From Escherichia phage OLB35, in sequence record MH992122.1: DNA of 64,000 nucleotides, one strand, 5' to 3'. Positions within the stretch are counted from its first letter, which is position 1, and each line of letters opens with the position of its first letter. Shown here piece by piece: positions 8,990 through 18,198 of this stretch. Below the pieces are notes generated by a model that made no database searches, was not told the DNA's origin, and saw only the letters and a program-made list of their open reading frames with translations. The position numbers and the translations under genes were made by a program.

Positions 8990-9667
8990 TTATCGCTGTT
9001 TTACACTTAACGGGTCAGGATTCTCAGGGACATCTTCAAGGCCAAGCGCATAACGCTGAGCATATTTTAACATCAAAATATCTTTAGCACAATCATGAAT
9101 ACTATCATGGGCAACGAATCCTTTTAGCGTACCCATCGGTAATGGACACATACTTAATCCTCGTGTCAACGAGTAAGCTTCGATTGCCGTACGAATATCG
9201 CGTTGAGCCCAGAATTTAACCGGTTCTAATTTATCAGTATCAATCTCTGGTTCAAGAACACCTTCATCACGATAGAGATCACGAATCAAATCGACCAAGA
9301 TCGGGAAGTCAAAGCTCATACCACGGCACCACATCTGTGATTTCCATTGGTCAACTTTATTAGCTCGACAATAATCTAAAAAGATTTTAATGCCTTCAAG
9401 CGTAGTGACATCGTCTTCAGACGGAGCCAGGTTTTTACGTGCTTCTGCTGATTGTTCTTTCCACCATTTCATAGTGGATTTAGCGAAAACTCGCTTCCCT
9501 TTTTGAGAAGCTAAATTAAATTTAATTCGCTTACCTCGTTGAACAAGTTCTTCAAATGATTCAACAACTTCAGGGTCGGAATTATATGCAATAACCGCAA
9601 GGTCAATAACAGCCGCTTTTGATGTATTGCCGAATGTTTCAAAATCTATAATAACATCAGTGCTCAT
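8990..9667 (-). CDS. dexA: exonuclease A (DnaQ-like 3'-5' exonuclease)
   Basis: 225-aa ORF MSTDVIIDFETFGN...; matches T4 DexA; ATG at 9665-9667. Confidence 0.88.
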   Translation of the reverse strand: MSTDVIIDFETFGNTSKAAVIDLAVIAYNSDPEVVESFEELVQRGKRIKFNLASQKGKRVFAKSTMKWWKEQSAEARKNLAPSEDDVTTLEGIKIFLDYCRANKVDQWKSQMWCRGMSFDFPILVDLIRDLYRDEGVLEPEIDTDKLEPVKFWAQRDIRTAIEAYSLTRGLSMCPLPMGTLKGFVAHDSIHDCAKDILMLKYAQRYALGLEDVPENPDPLSVKQR

Positions 9668-9676
9668 AATTTTCTC

Positions 9677-10990
9677 TCAAATAAAATGGACGTCAAAACG
9701 ACCACGAGTTGTGCCGACATACAATAACTGTTTAGCTAATTCTGAATCAGCGTAATGGATGCACGGTGTATAAACAAAGGCCGTGTCAACAGACATACCC
9801 TGAGCCTTATGGAAGGTTGATACTGGTAGTGCCTTCACCTTAGTGAACATACGTTTAGCATCCCAGAATTCGCTCCATGGAGCTTTACCACCTTTATTCC
9901 AAAATTTGTATGTTTCTGCGGTCTTAGCCAAAAACAAATTGAATTTATAAAGCTCTTCTTCAGAAGAAATAACCTTTATATCTTCGCGGATGTATTCTTC
10001 ATCATCCCCATATGTTTCTACTGTAAGATTCCAGTATCGTATCATATACTCGCCAGAAACACCACGTGCTTTAACGAATGTAGACGTTTCTACAGCATCT
10101 CGAATACGAACGAATTGCCCGTTATTGAAAAGCATTTCGGTCATATTTTTACCATCTAGCTTATATGTCTTAGTAAATGGCTCTTGTAGAACAATGACTT
10201 CGTCTTTAATAAATGGCTTTTCTGTTTCAAGAAGTTTTCGGCGAATAATTGAATTTAACTTGTCCACCGACTTATTTGTGAATGCCATCATTCGATTTTC
10301 GAAAAGGTCTTCAGGAGTTTTAACGACGTTAAAATAGTTCATCATATACGATTTAAGGTCTGTATATCCGTGAACACCATGTCCATCAACTACTTTATCG
10401 TAAATCCATTTGCCATTACGAATATCAGTCGCAACATCAATAATTGGTGCATTGCTACGTTTAACTTCTGTAAGGTTGCATTGCACGAAGTCTTTGTGAG
10501 TGAAGAAAGGACTTAGATACGCAGTTGATTCGCCTGGGTCTACTGGTCGAATCTGACATCGGTCACCAATTCCAATTACTGTACACCATTTAGGGATACT
10601 AGCTAACATTATTTTAAACAGAGAACGGTCACACATTGATGCTTCATCAAATAATAGTACACGACACAAGGCTAAGTCGGGGACCTTTTTCTGTTCAAAT
10701 AATACGTTTTCTTCGTATGTAGTTGGGTTGATTTTAAGAATGCTATGAATGGTTGATGCTTCTTGACCCGCAAGTTTGCTTAGAACCTTTTTAGCAGCAT
10801 GTGTAGGGGCTGCTAAAATAATACCTGATTCTCCGGAAGAAATAAGGGCTTCAACGATGAATCTAGTAAGGGTTGTTTTACCTGTACCAGCAGGCCCATT
10901 AATAGTTACGTGATGTTTCTTTTCTTTAATAGCTTTCATAACAACGTTGAAGGCGTTTTTCTGGCCTTCGGTCAAATCATCAAATGTCAT
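9677..10990 (-). CDS. dda: Dda DNA helicase (SF1)
   Basis: 437-aa ORF MTFDDLTEGQKNAFNVVMKAIKEKKHHVTINGPAGTGKTT... near-identical to T4 Dda. Confidence 0.97.
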   Translation of the reverse strand: MTFDDLTEGQKNAFNVVMKAIKEKKHHVTINGPAGTGKTTLTRFIVEALISSGESGIILAAPTHAAKKVLSKLAGQEASTIHSILKINPTTYEENVLFEQKKVPDLALCRVLLFDEASMCDRSLFKIMLASIPKWCTVIGIGDRCQIRPVDPGESTAYLSPFFTHKDFVQCNLTEVKRSNAPIIDVATDIRNGKWIYDKVVDGHGVHGYTDLKSYMMNYFNVVKTPEDLFENRMMAFTNKSVDKLNSIIRRKLLETEKPFIKDEVIVLQEPFTKTYKLDGKNMTEMLFNNGQFVRIRDAVETSTFVKARGVSGEYMIRYWNLTVETYGDDEEYIREDIKVISSEEELYKFNLFLAKTAETYKFWNKGGKAPWSEFWDAKRMFTKVKALPVSTFHKAQGMSVDTAFVYTPCIHYADSELAKQLLYVGTTRGRFDVHFI

Positions 10991-11298
10991 CGTAAAGTCC
11001 CTGCAATTGGAATACTAACAATACGGCCTGTGTCCAGAATTCGTTGATACAATCTTTGCGTCTCCGCATCTAGTTTAATGTGTTTCATTTCAAGCTTATT
11101 AAACCAGAACTTACGCGGAGTTTCGACCATTCTTAGAACTCCCATTTTTAAATCTGTTTTATACTGTGTTTTCAAAGTATCGAAAACTTTATCTGCAATA
11201 TCCTTTCTAAAAAATACTGCAGGACGATGTTCATCAAGTGGAACTGGGACAGTAAATCCTTCCATATCTCGATAAACTATTGCATATACATAAACCAT
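10987..11298 (-). CDS. dda.1: Dda.1-like hypothetical protein
   Basis: 103-aa ORF overlapping dda start by 4 nt; T4 synteny. Confidence 0.55.
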   Translation of the reverse strand: MVYVYAIVYRDMEGFTVPVPLDEHRPAVFFRKDIADKVFDTLKTQYKTDLKMGVLRMVETPRKFWFNKLEMKHIKLDAETQRLYQRILDTGRIVSIPIAGTLR

Positions 11299-11443
11299 AA
11301 TTAACCTTTAATCAGTTGGAATAATGATGCGCTAAGTGGTAGGCCACGTTTCAATTTTAATTTACCAATGAAACCAATCTTTTCAAAACGTTGCAGACCT
11401 TGGATAACTTTATCATATGTATCGAAAAGCGATTCAGCGTCAG

Positions 11444-12049
11444 TTAATTTAGTTTTAGTTTTCCAGTCAGAGCCTTTAAAAGAAGAACGTTGAGTTTAGT
11501 AAGTTCATGTCCTTCCGCTTGATGTGAGCCGTTAATGCGTGCTTTCAAAGCAACAATTCTAAGTTTAGATTCGTTAGATAAAGGTTGATTTTTCATCATG
11601 TTCGCCATATGCTTAACACGATTTTCACGTTTTGCTCGGATTTTTAAAATAGTACCATAAACCTTTTTGATTTGGGCCCATTTCTTCTCGTCGAGATTAA
11701 GTTTCTCTACTTTACGGGCAGAAGGATTAGCGATACGTCTTGCAATGGCATCACGTTTCTCAATAAGTTCTTCTAATGTTAAATCAGAACGAGCCGTGTT
11801 ATATTTTTTCTTAACTGGGATAACATTACCTTTAATGTAGCCGATATTGTTATCAAAACGTTCTAAGGATAATTTCTCACCTTCAACAGAGTTATTGAAA
11901 GATTCACCTGAGTAAGCGCAGACCTTTTGATCAAGAATGTTTTTAAGGTAGTTAAAGTCTAAGTTAAAATCCTTAGAGCGTCTCTTCGCAGAAGCTCTGG
12001 TGTGGTCAAGACGACGATTTATTTTGTTAATTTTATTATTTGATAACAT
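11444..12049 (-). CDS. hypothetical protein in srd position
   Basis: 201-aa ORF between dda.1 and modA-like gene; own early promoter upstream; identity with T4 Srd not verified. Confidence 0.45.
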   Translation of the reverse strand: MLSNNKINKINRRLDHTRASAKRRSKDFNLDFNYLKNILDQKVCAYSGESFNNSVEGEKLSLERFDNNIGYIKGNVIPVKKKYNTARSDLTLEELIEKRDAIARRIANPSARKVEKLNLDEKKWAQIKKVYGTILKIRAKRENRVKHMANMMKNQPLSNESKLRIVALKARINGSHQAEGHELTKLNVLLLKALTGKLKLN

Positions 12050-12098
12050 AATATTTTCCTCTGTCTTACGGACGTTAGGTCATTTGGCTGATAGGTCT

Positions 12099-12127
12099 AT
12101 AATATCATGCCCTCAGGTAGTGTACAC
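12099..12127 (-). promoter_or_regulatory. T4-type early promoter
   Basis: -35 GTGTAC (12122-12127), 17-bp spacer, -10 TATTAT (12099-12104), motif gataggtctataat. Confidence 0.45.
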
Positions 12128-12201
12128 TCTTTTTTCATAAAATGCTTTAATTTTTTATGTGTTATAATGGTTCTGAGTTCCATCCGGTTATTCCAATCCA
12201 G

Positions 12202-12810
12202 TCAGTAACCGACAATAGACAGATTCCAGATTGTATAACGTCCATCTTGAATAATAGAATCTACACGCAGTGTAGTCCCTATAGGGAGCATAAATTCGCA
12301 TTCGTCAGATATAAGTCTAGCATTAGACCGTCTTGTAGCTTCAGGGAAAGCTCCATTGAACTCACAAGATGGCGCAGCCAGAATCATGTTAAGCATATGT
12401 TCACGGAAGTTGAAAGCAAATGGTGCATCTTTGATGCAGAACATATTAAATGTTCCATAAAAATTATATGAAGCGAAGTTACGTGCTACACCGAACACTG
12501 GACTAAAGCTCATTACTCTATCAAATTTAATAATACTACCAACATCTTTATCGTCGAGTGTGGCCATAGTTTTCTTAGAGATTCCACGATACATTGTCTC
12601 AGGAACAGAAGACGTCCAATTTCTACGAACAATTGCACTTAAATCTTGTTGGATGCTATCAGGCTTGTTTTCCATACACTGCCATAGTACACTTTGTTCA
12701 ATGTCGCTGAATTGCTCATCGATTTTGTACTGAAGCATATCTTGATAATCTGGGCATTGAGCACGACGAACCATTTCTTCAATTTCACACTCGTTATACG
12801 GCATAAACAT
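12202..12810 (-). CDS. modA: ADP-ribosyltransferase, ModA-like
   Basis: 202-aa ORF with R-S-E ART motifs (..YRG.., ..SFS.., ..ECEF..); T4 synteny after srd position. Confidence 0.65.
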   Translation of the reverse strand: MFMPYNECEIEEMVRRAQCPDYQDMLQYKIDEQFSDIEQSVLWQCMENKPDSIQQDLSAIVRRNWTSSVPETMYRGISKKTMATLDDKDVGSIIKFDRVMSFSPVFGVARNFASYNFYGTFNMFCIKDAPFAFNFREHMLNMILAAPSCEFNGAFPEATRRSNARLISDECEFMLPIGTTLRVDSIIQDGRYTIWNLSIVGY

Positions 12811-12867
12811 TTAGGTTTCTCCTGTGGTTGATAAAGGTATAGTATCATCATCGGAAGAGTTTGTACA

Positions 12868-13449
12868 CTAAAAATTCAACATTTTTAAATGAATGATTTT
12901 GTATAACCGAGATAAAGGGTCATATTCTAAGTCTTCAATTTCTACAATCTCAAATCTAGAGATACCTGAGACCATGTATTCTTGTTCAGATTCAATCATA
13001 TCTAGGACGTCAACACGTTTTTCTTCCATAACATGCTTAGGGTTCTTTCCGGCGAGTACAATGTTAACCATGTTTTGGTAGTAATCGAAAATGAACGGAG
13101 CATTCCTGAGACTAAGAATAGTGTACGTCTGATATTCCCAACTCCCAGAGAACTGTCTGGCCGTACCAAAGTCTGTTGTAAACGATGTTACTCGTCCAGG
13201 AGACCAATGGCATCCAACAGAAAGAAGGGAAAGACGTTCTACTTCTTCTGGAGTTACACCACGGTAGAGTTCTACTGGTACTGTAGAAGTCATATGCTTA
13301 CGAACAAGACGGTCTAATTCATAGTGGAAATCTGGGTCTTCCTTAGAATCAGTGCAAGCCCAGAGAATGTTTTGTTCTTGGCGGGTGAATTTGCTATCAA
13401 TCAGATTTGTTAGGTATTCGCGTTCTTGAAGTTCAGATTGACATGTCAT
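12868..13449 (-). CDS. modB: ADP-ribosyltransferase, ModB-like
   Basis: 193-aa ORF with ..YRG.., ..SFTT.., ..EQEY.. motifs; paralog of neighbouring gene. Confidence 0.65.
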   Translation of the reverse strand: MTCQSELQEREYLTNLIDSKFTRQEQNILWACTDSKEDPDFHYELDRLVRKHMTSTVPVELYRGVTPEEVERLSLLSVGCHWSPGRVTSFTTDFGTARQFSGSWEYQTYTILSLRNAPFIFDYYQNMVNIVLAGKNPKHVMEEKRVDVLDMIESEQEYMVSGISRFEIVEIEDLEYDPLSRLYKIIHLKMLNF

Positions 13450-13665
13450 GATAGACCTCCATTTAAAGATAAGCCTATCATAACACGAGAGGAGGGAATG
13501 TAAACTACTTTTTAAGCTTTCCTACTAAAGGACCATCTGGGCCAGGTTGTTCTAACATGAATAAGGACGCTTTAAAAAGCAATGTCAACCCTTTCACCAT
13601 TCGATACCATGTCTCAAAGTCTTTTTCCTTGATTTCTAGTAAGAATTTCTCTTTAAATTTCTCTT

Positions 13666-13854
13666 TCATTTCCAAGGACTCCATGGTGGAGGGTCGTCAT
13701 AATAAGAGGCAAGGTCTTTCAGGGCTTCAACAGGTAAACTAAAGCCGTGTCGTTGTATAATACTATCTAGTTCATCAACAAGTTCACTACGATGCACTTT
13801 AGGAGCCTTGACTTCAGGCTCATCAAACATACTCATAAGGTCCATATTATTCAC
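13666..13854 (-). CDS. hypothetical small acidic protein
   Basis: 62-aa ORF, operon context. Confidence 0.35.
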   Translation of the reverse strand: MNNMDLMSMFDEPEVKAPKVHRSELVDELDSIIQRHGFSLPVEALKDLASYYDDPPPWSPWK

Positions 13855-14311
13855 CTAAATAAAAACTAGCAGGTTCAGAGAATGTTTCTAGCGCTACACC
13901 TTTTGTCTTAAAAAATTTCCAAATAGCTCGTTGCAAATGGATTAAATCTGCTAATGATGTAATAAAGTATTTTTTGGCAAAATACGTATGGTCTCGCTTT
14001 TCAAACAGGTCTAAACGCTTTTCAGGATTCACATAAACCGCATTTTCTGTGGATTCATACCCTAAGTCCTTTATGCCTTCTTCAAGACTAAACGGAGAAT
14101 TTTTAGAATGAGTAATAGCTCCAACTCGCTCTACACGAATTTTGTAACCTTTAGGAATCTGCAATTTGCAGAATTCTTCTACGATATATTGCGGATTATT
14201 TAGACTTTTGTTAATGAGAATAGCTATTTCTAGTGGAGTCTTATCTTCTACTGGTATATGTTTAAATGACTTGGCTTCAAGCAAATACATTTTAAATAAC
14301 ATAGCATCCAT
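13847..14311 (-). CDS. hypothetical protein (mrh-region)
   Basis: 154-aa ORF; T4 synteny between modB and soc. Confidence 0.5.
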   Translation of the reverse strand: MDAMLFKMYLLEAKSFKHIPVEDKTPLEIAILINKSLNNPQYIVEEFCKLQIPKGYKIRVERVGAITHSKNSPFSLEEGIKDLGYESTENAVYVNPEKRLDLFEKRDHTYFAKKYFITSLADLIHLQRAIWKFFKTKGVALETFSEPASFYLGE

Positions 14312-14489
14312 TATAATTTCCTCGGTGGTTCACCCATATAAAGTTTTACAATACGTTCGCCTTCATCTTCGACGAGCTTTTCTTCATGTTTCTGGAATTC
14401 TTTAGCCATATTCTCTTCAAGAACATCTAACCAATCTTCTGGTCCGACTCCATCATTCCAGCTTTTAAACCATTTTACTATTCTGTTCA

Positions 14490-14678
14490 CTAATCACAAC
14501 TCCCAGAGTCCGAACTACAATCGTAATAACTTGAACCAGAATCTCCAGACCAGGATGATACGTAAGAATGATTATAACTTGAAGAGTTTGAAGCAGACTT
14601 AGGACGAATAACTTCTTCCATCATGCCGTCACCAATATATTCCCAACTTTTTTCATGTGTATCAGGAATAGGCATCAT
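14490..14678 (-). CDS. hypothetical protein with Ser/Asp-rich C-terminal tail
   Basis: ORF 14490-14801 trimmed to ATG at 14676-14678, just after the upstream stop. Confidence 0.3.
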   Translation of the reverse strand: MMPIPDTHEKSWEYIGDGMMEEVIRPKSASNSSSYNHSYVSSWSGDSGSSYYDCSSDSGSCD

Positions 14679-14691
14679 ACCTTCGCCTGGT

Positions 14692-14919
14692 TTAACAACA
14701 AATAACTTCTTCAGCATCGTAAGCATTAATTGTTCCTCGAACAAAACGAACACCACCATCATCCCAACGGATTTCGGCATTAAATTTGACGTCTTCACCA
14801 TCCATCATGAATGAGTGTACGACTACGTCATCATAATATCCAAGACCGTATTTCAGCGAAACTTCTTGTGCAATCAAAGCGCCTAATGTGTTATTAGGTT
14901 TAATCCAACGATTTAACAT
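14692..14919 (-). CDS. hypothetical protein
   Basis: 75-aa ORF; early promoter (GTTTAC at 14972-14977) and AAGAGGAG RBS upstream. Confidence 0.5.
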   Translation of the reverse strand: MLNRWIKPNNTLGALIAQEVSLKYGLGYYDDVVVHSFMMDGEDVKFNAEIRWDDGGVRFVRGTINAYDAEEVICC

Positions 14920-14980
14920 AGTGTTCTCCTCTTGAGTAAGTAAGAATATCTTAACATAGTTTTTAGTGGATGTAAACTCT

Positions 14981-15013
14981 AGAAACGAAAAAAGGAATCC
15001 CGAAGGATTCCTT
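14981..15013 (-). terminator. intrinsic terminator after soc
   Basis: hairpin aaggaatcc-cgaa-ggattcctt (14992-15013), then uuuucguuu on minus-strand RNA. Confidence 0.6.
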
Positions 15014-15020
15014 AAATTAT

Positions 15021-15257
15021 TTAACCACTTACTGGTGTAGGGGTAAACATTGCAGCGTTCTTAGTACGCCAATCTGCTGCGTCAGTCACCACAGTAGTGT
15101 AAGCAGCTTTTTCAGACGGGAAAGTCTGATAATGAGAATCTGCAATCCGATGTTCGTTTGAATAAATCTCAAACGGAACAGAAACTTCCATACCTTTAAC
15201 TTCTTTGCCTTCACCAGCAGGATGCGTAAAGGTTTTGATGTTTACATAACCACCCAT
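15021..15257 (-). CDS. soc: small outer capsid protein Soc
   Basis: 78-aa ORF MGGYVNIKTF...HYQTFPSEKAAYTTV... matches T4 Soc; late promoter TATAAATA upstream. Confidence 0.85.
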   Translation of the reverse strand: MGGYVNIKTFTHPAGEGKEVKGMEVSVPFEIYSNEHRIADSHYQTFPSEKAAYTTVVTDAADWRTKNAAMFTPTPVSG

Positions 15258-15380
15258 AATTAACTCCTTTGTTGTTTAATTACAGGTGTATTTATAACTT
15301 AATTAGTAACCATTATCCTGACGTTCAAAGTTGTGTTGGTTTTTCAAGTAGTAAAGTTTAAAGATTTCTTCAGCAGAAAG
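15238..15380. repeat. direct repeat copy A (gene 56 3' end + late promoter + first soc codons)
   Basis: about 143 bp, roughly 95% identical to 15579-15724. Confidence 0.85.
15289..15296 (-). promoter_or_regulatory. late promoter TATAAATA for soc
   Basis: plus-strand tatttata at 15289-15296, about 30 nt upstream of soc ATG. Confidence 0.6.
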
Positions 15381-15598
15381 AGGAGTATTAAATTTCCAGT
15401 GGAGTCTAGTATTATATCCATCAGAGCCGAATGCTTTATTAGCCGGTCTCCCGGCTTTTGCCATGCATAAAAATCAAGTTTCATTTGCAACCCAATCAAC
15501 CATATGTAGATGGTCTGATAATTGACTAACATGCTGAAGCTGATTAGACAGGAGTTTACAAATAAGCTCACTGTTATCATGTTTACATAACCACCCAA
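15344..15598 (-). other. chimeric ORF starting with duplicated soc start (MGGYVN) and reading into the inter-repeat insert
   Basis: 84-aa ORF driven by the duplicated late promoter/RBS; coding status uncertain. Confidence 0.3.
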
Positions 15599-15724
15599 AT
15601 AATCGTAACTCCTTGTTGTTTAATTACAGGTGTATTTATAACTTAATTAGTAACCATTATCCTGACGTTCAAAGTTGTGTTGGTTTTTCAAGTAGTAAAG
15701 TTTAAAGATTTCTTCAGCAGAAAG
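15579..15724. repeat. direct repeat copy B (contains the genuine gene 56 3' end)
   Basis: second copy; carries tatttata at 15633-15640 and an MGGYVN start at 15596-15598. Confidence 0.85.
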
Positions 15725-16168
15725 ACCAAGACCTTGGAACATATTTAGAACGAAATGCAGAATATCAATCATTTCAAATTTAATTTCAAGCTGGTCTTCA
15801 GGAGACAGTTCATCGATACGACGATTTCGATATTCAGCGTGTTGTGCTTTCCATGGCTTCCATACACTGCTAGCGGCTTTTTCACCATTGCTCATACCAC
15901 CAAGTGAAGTCAGCAGTTCACGGAATTCATCATCAATATAATCTTTCTGATTACGCAGCCAATCAACAACATCACCAGCAGTAGCCAATTCATCAGGATG
16001 TTTGTTATGTTCAGGCTTGTCATTTGCCAGACGAACCTGTAAAGATTTCTGCATATCAAGCATTACCTGCAGTGGGTCTTTATCTTCGTGAATCAGAGCA
16101 TTAAAATAAGCTTCTTCTGCTTTATCAACACCAGAAATAAGTTGTGAACATTCATTAAAGTGCGCCAT
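15647..16168 (-). CDS. 56: dCTP pyrophosphatase gp56
   Basis: ORF 15647-16183 trimmed to ATG at 16166-16168 (MAHFNEC...), matches T4 gp56 MazG-like dCTPase. Confidence 0.88.
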   Translation of the reverse strand: MAHFNECSQLISGVDKAEEAYFNALIHEDKDPLQVMLDMQKSLQVRLANDKPEHNKHPDELATAGDVVDWLRNQKDYIDDEFRELLTSLGGMSNGEKAASSVWKPWKAQHAEYRNRRIDELSPEDQLEIKFEMIDILHFVLNMFQGLGLSAEEIFKLYYLKNQHNFERQDNGY

Positions 16169-16256
16169 TATTTTTCCTTTCAATTCAGTATAAGAGAGTT
16201 AATTCTAACATTAATTTTATAAAGCGTAATAAATAATAGGTAACTAAGGAGATATT

Positions 16257-16454
16257 ATGTTTAAACTTCCATCGTTAATCAACGCTATTAAAGGCAATAA
16301 AAAGAAAACTGCTATCGCCGCAATAGTTGTAGGTGGCATTATTTCATGGAACTTCGGGATTGCACCATTGTTAGTTGCCCATGGTATTATAGTTCCTTCT
16401 GTTCCATTGGATACTGTAGTTGATTTGGCCTTTGCTATTATAGGACTTGTTTAA
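16257..16454 (+). CDS. small hydrophobic membrane protein (plus strand)
   Basis: 65-aa ORF; strong SD taAGGAGa 4 nt upstream of ATG 16257; AATAAATA late-promoter-like box at 16231-16238. Confidence 0.4.
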   Translation: MFKLPSLINAIKGNKKKTAIAAIVVGGIISWNFGIAPLLVAHGIIVPSVPLDTVVDLAFAIIGLV

Positions 16455-17473
16455 ATCTTCGAATAACGAGATAATCTCATTTTAGCATGCAACCCACTTG
16501 AAATATTCTGTTTCATATATTCTAAAATTTCTTGTGGTGTTGCATTTTCTTTCATTACCATATCATTCACATCCTTTGAACTCCATGGAGCTCGGTCCCA
16601 GAACATAACACGTTCGCCTGCATCTACTAATCGCTTCATACGAGCTATAGTATCCGGATGCCTAGGTTCATTATCCATCACCCATACCCGACGTTCTTTA
16701 AATGGTACCACATCTAAATCTATTGAGCCGCCTGTAATAGCGATTGCATTGGGTATGAATAAACTATCAATAGGGCCTTCCATTACCCAGACGTCTCCTT
16801 CCTTAACACGTTCAACACCATAAATTTTTGTTGCAGACTCAAACGCTTTAATAGTGATATATTTCTGAGGAGCATCTTTGCGAAGTGCACGTCCTTGAAA
16901 TGACTCAGCCTTCCCGTCTTTATTAAAAATAGGAATCACTAAACGCGGTTCTGGAATCTCTTTCTTATACGTGCCTGGTTGAATCTTGTTGACCAATTTA
17001 GGCCATTCTAATGTGAACCATAATCTGTTCCACGATTCTTTAGGAATACACCGAGACTTAACATATTTCACAATAGGATGCTCTTCAGGCAGTTTGTCTA
17101 TGCGAGAACAAGACGGCAAAGAATTTATAGTCTTTTTCTCCGGTTCTGGTTTATGTTCAGGAACCTTTTCAATCTTTGGTTCCATTCTAGCTTTTTCTTT
17201 ACGAACTTCCATTAGATATTCACGATAAAGCTCTTCGTCATACTCTTTTAAGTATCCGGAAATTGTATTATGATATTGACAGTTATAGCAATGCACATTA
17301 CCTGGAGTACCGCCATAATACCATCCGCGAGCTTTCATTGCATCTGTCTGAGAGTCGCCACAAACTGGACATCGAAATGTTAATTTAAATGTGCTTGAAT
17401 TATTGATTTGTCTAAAACGAGGTAGGTGAGAAAACGCACGATAAGCAAATTCATTATCTATCCATTCAGCCAT
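16451..17473 (-). CDS. 61: DNA primase gp61
   Basis: 340-aa ORF ...WIDNEFAYRAF...CPVCGDS... matches T4 gp61 zinc-ribbon/TOPRIM primase. Confidence 0.95.
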   Translation of the reverse strand: MAEWIDNEFAYRAFSHLPRFRQINNSSTFKLTFRCPVCGDSQTDAMKARGWYYGGTPGNVHCYNCQYHNTISGYLKEYDEELYREYLMEVRKEKARMEPKIEKVPEHKPEPEKKTINSLPSCSRIDKLPEEHPIVKYVKSRCIPKESWNRLWFTLEWPKLVNKIQPGTYKKEIPEPRLVIPIFNKDGKAESFQGRALRKDAPQKYITIKAFESATKIYGVERVKEGDVWVMEGPIDSLFIPNAIAITGGSIDLDVVPFKERRVWVMDNEPRHPDTIARMKRLVDAGERVMFWDRAPWSSKDVNDMVMKENATPQEILEYMKQNISSGLHAKMRLSRYSKI

Positions 17474-17512
17474 AGTATTCTCCAGAGGCCTTAAATTAAT
17501 AAGGCCATCATA

Positions 17513-18007
17513 TCACAACTTATTGATATTTACTTTAATTCGCTTTCTTTTCTTGGAAGGAATTTGTTCTGGACCTTTATTTACGACTGCACCTGTAGTT
17601 GTTCCTGATGCAATAGCTTGAGGGCTGCCACCTGAATCACCAGCCACCATATCCTCAAATAAAGGGAGTTCTTTAAATATTTCTTTCTGCTGTTCTTCTG
17701 TAATGTTATAGCGGGATGCTACAGCACTCCAGGCAGACATCATTGAGGCCATTCCATTAAGACCTGGAACAGTACTCATCATTCGCTTCATTGAACGAAC
17801 TGAAGCATGAAAAGGTGTATAAGCCGCTTTCTCTTCGGGAGTAGAAGGACGTTTAAGAACACTTCCACGTTCGTCGATGATTTTGGCTTCGTACGCTTTC
17901 CATTCGGTAAAAGGTTTTTGCATTAGTCGAATAAACTTATATGCGTAAACAGAATCTATTGCAGTGTTAATAATACCCATAGGTACCTCCTGAGTATATT
18001 TAATCAA
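17513..18007 (-). CDS. hypothetical protein
   Basis: 164-aa ORF in 61.x region. Confidence 0.5.
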   Translation of the reverse strand: MIKYTQEVPMGIINTAIDSVYAYKFIRLMQKPFTEWKAYEAKIIDERGSVLKRPSTPEEKAAYTPFHASVRSMKRMMSTVPGLNGMASMMSAWSAVASRYNITEEQQKEIFKELPLFEDMVAGDSGGSPQAIASGTTTGAVVNKGPEQIPSKKRKRIKVNINKL

Positions 18008-18197
18008 TTACAAAGATTGCTTTGTCACCGTTCGCATCTGTGACTTCATATGTAGTGTCTTCATAGTGTGGAATATTCCAAATTACACCATCATTAGCTT
18101 TTACGCTAATATGGCATTGGTGTTTTGAAACAACTTCATAATCTTCAAAACTTGTAAAAACACTAATTTTAGAACCAGTGCAAATTGCAGTAGTCAT
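18000..18197 (-). CDS. hypothetical small protein
   Basis: 65-aa ORF, coupled overlaps. Confidence 0.4.
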   Translation of the reverse strand: MTTAICTGSKISVFTSFEDYEVVSKHQCHISVKANDGVIWNIPHYEDTTYEVTDANGDKAIFVID

Positions 18198-18198
18198 T

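Noticed and set aside
11444-12049. HNH homing endonuclease call for the 201-aa ORF
   Set aside because: A C-x-Y-x-G...NN-x-GY...N pattern is HNH-like but the catalytic His residues are not evident; left as a hypothetical protein in the srd position
15238-15724. Direct repeats around soc as a possible CRISPR array
   Set aside because: Only two copies, ~143 bp long, containing coding sequence and a promoter; no short regular repeat-spacer structure
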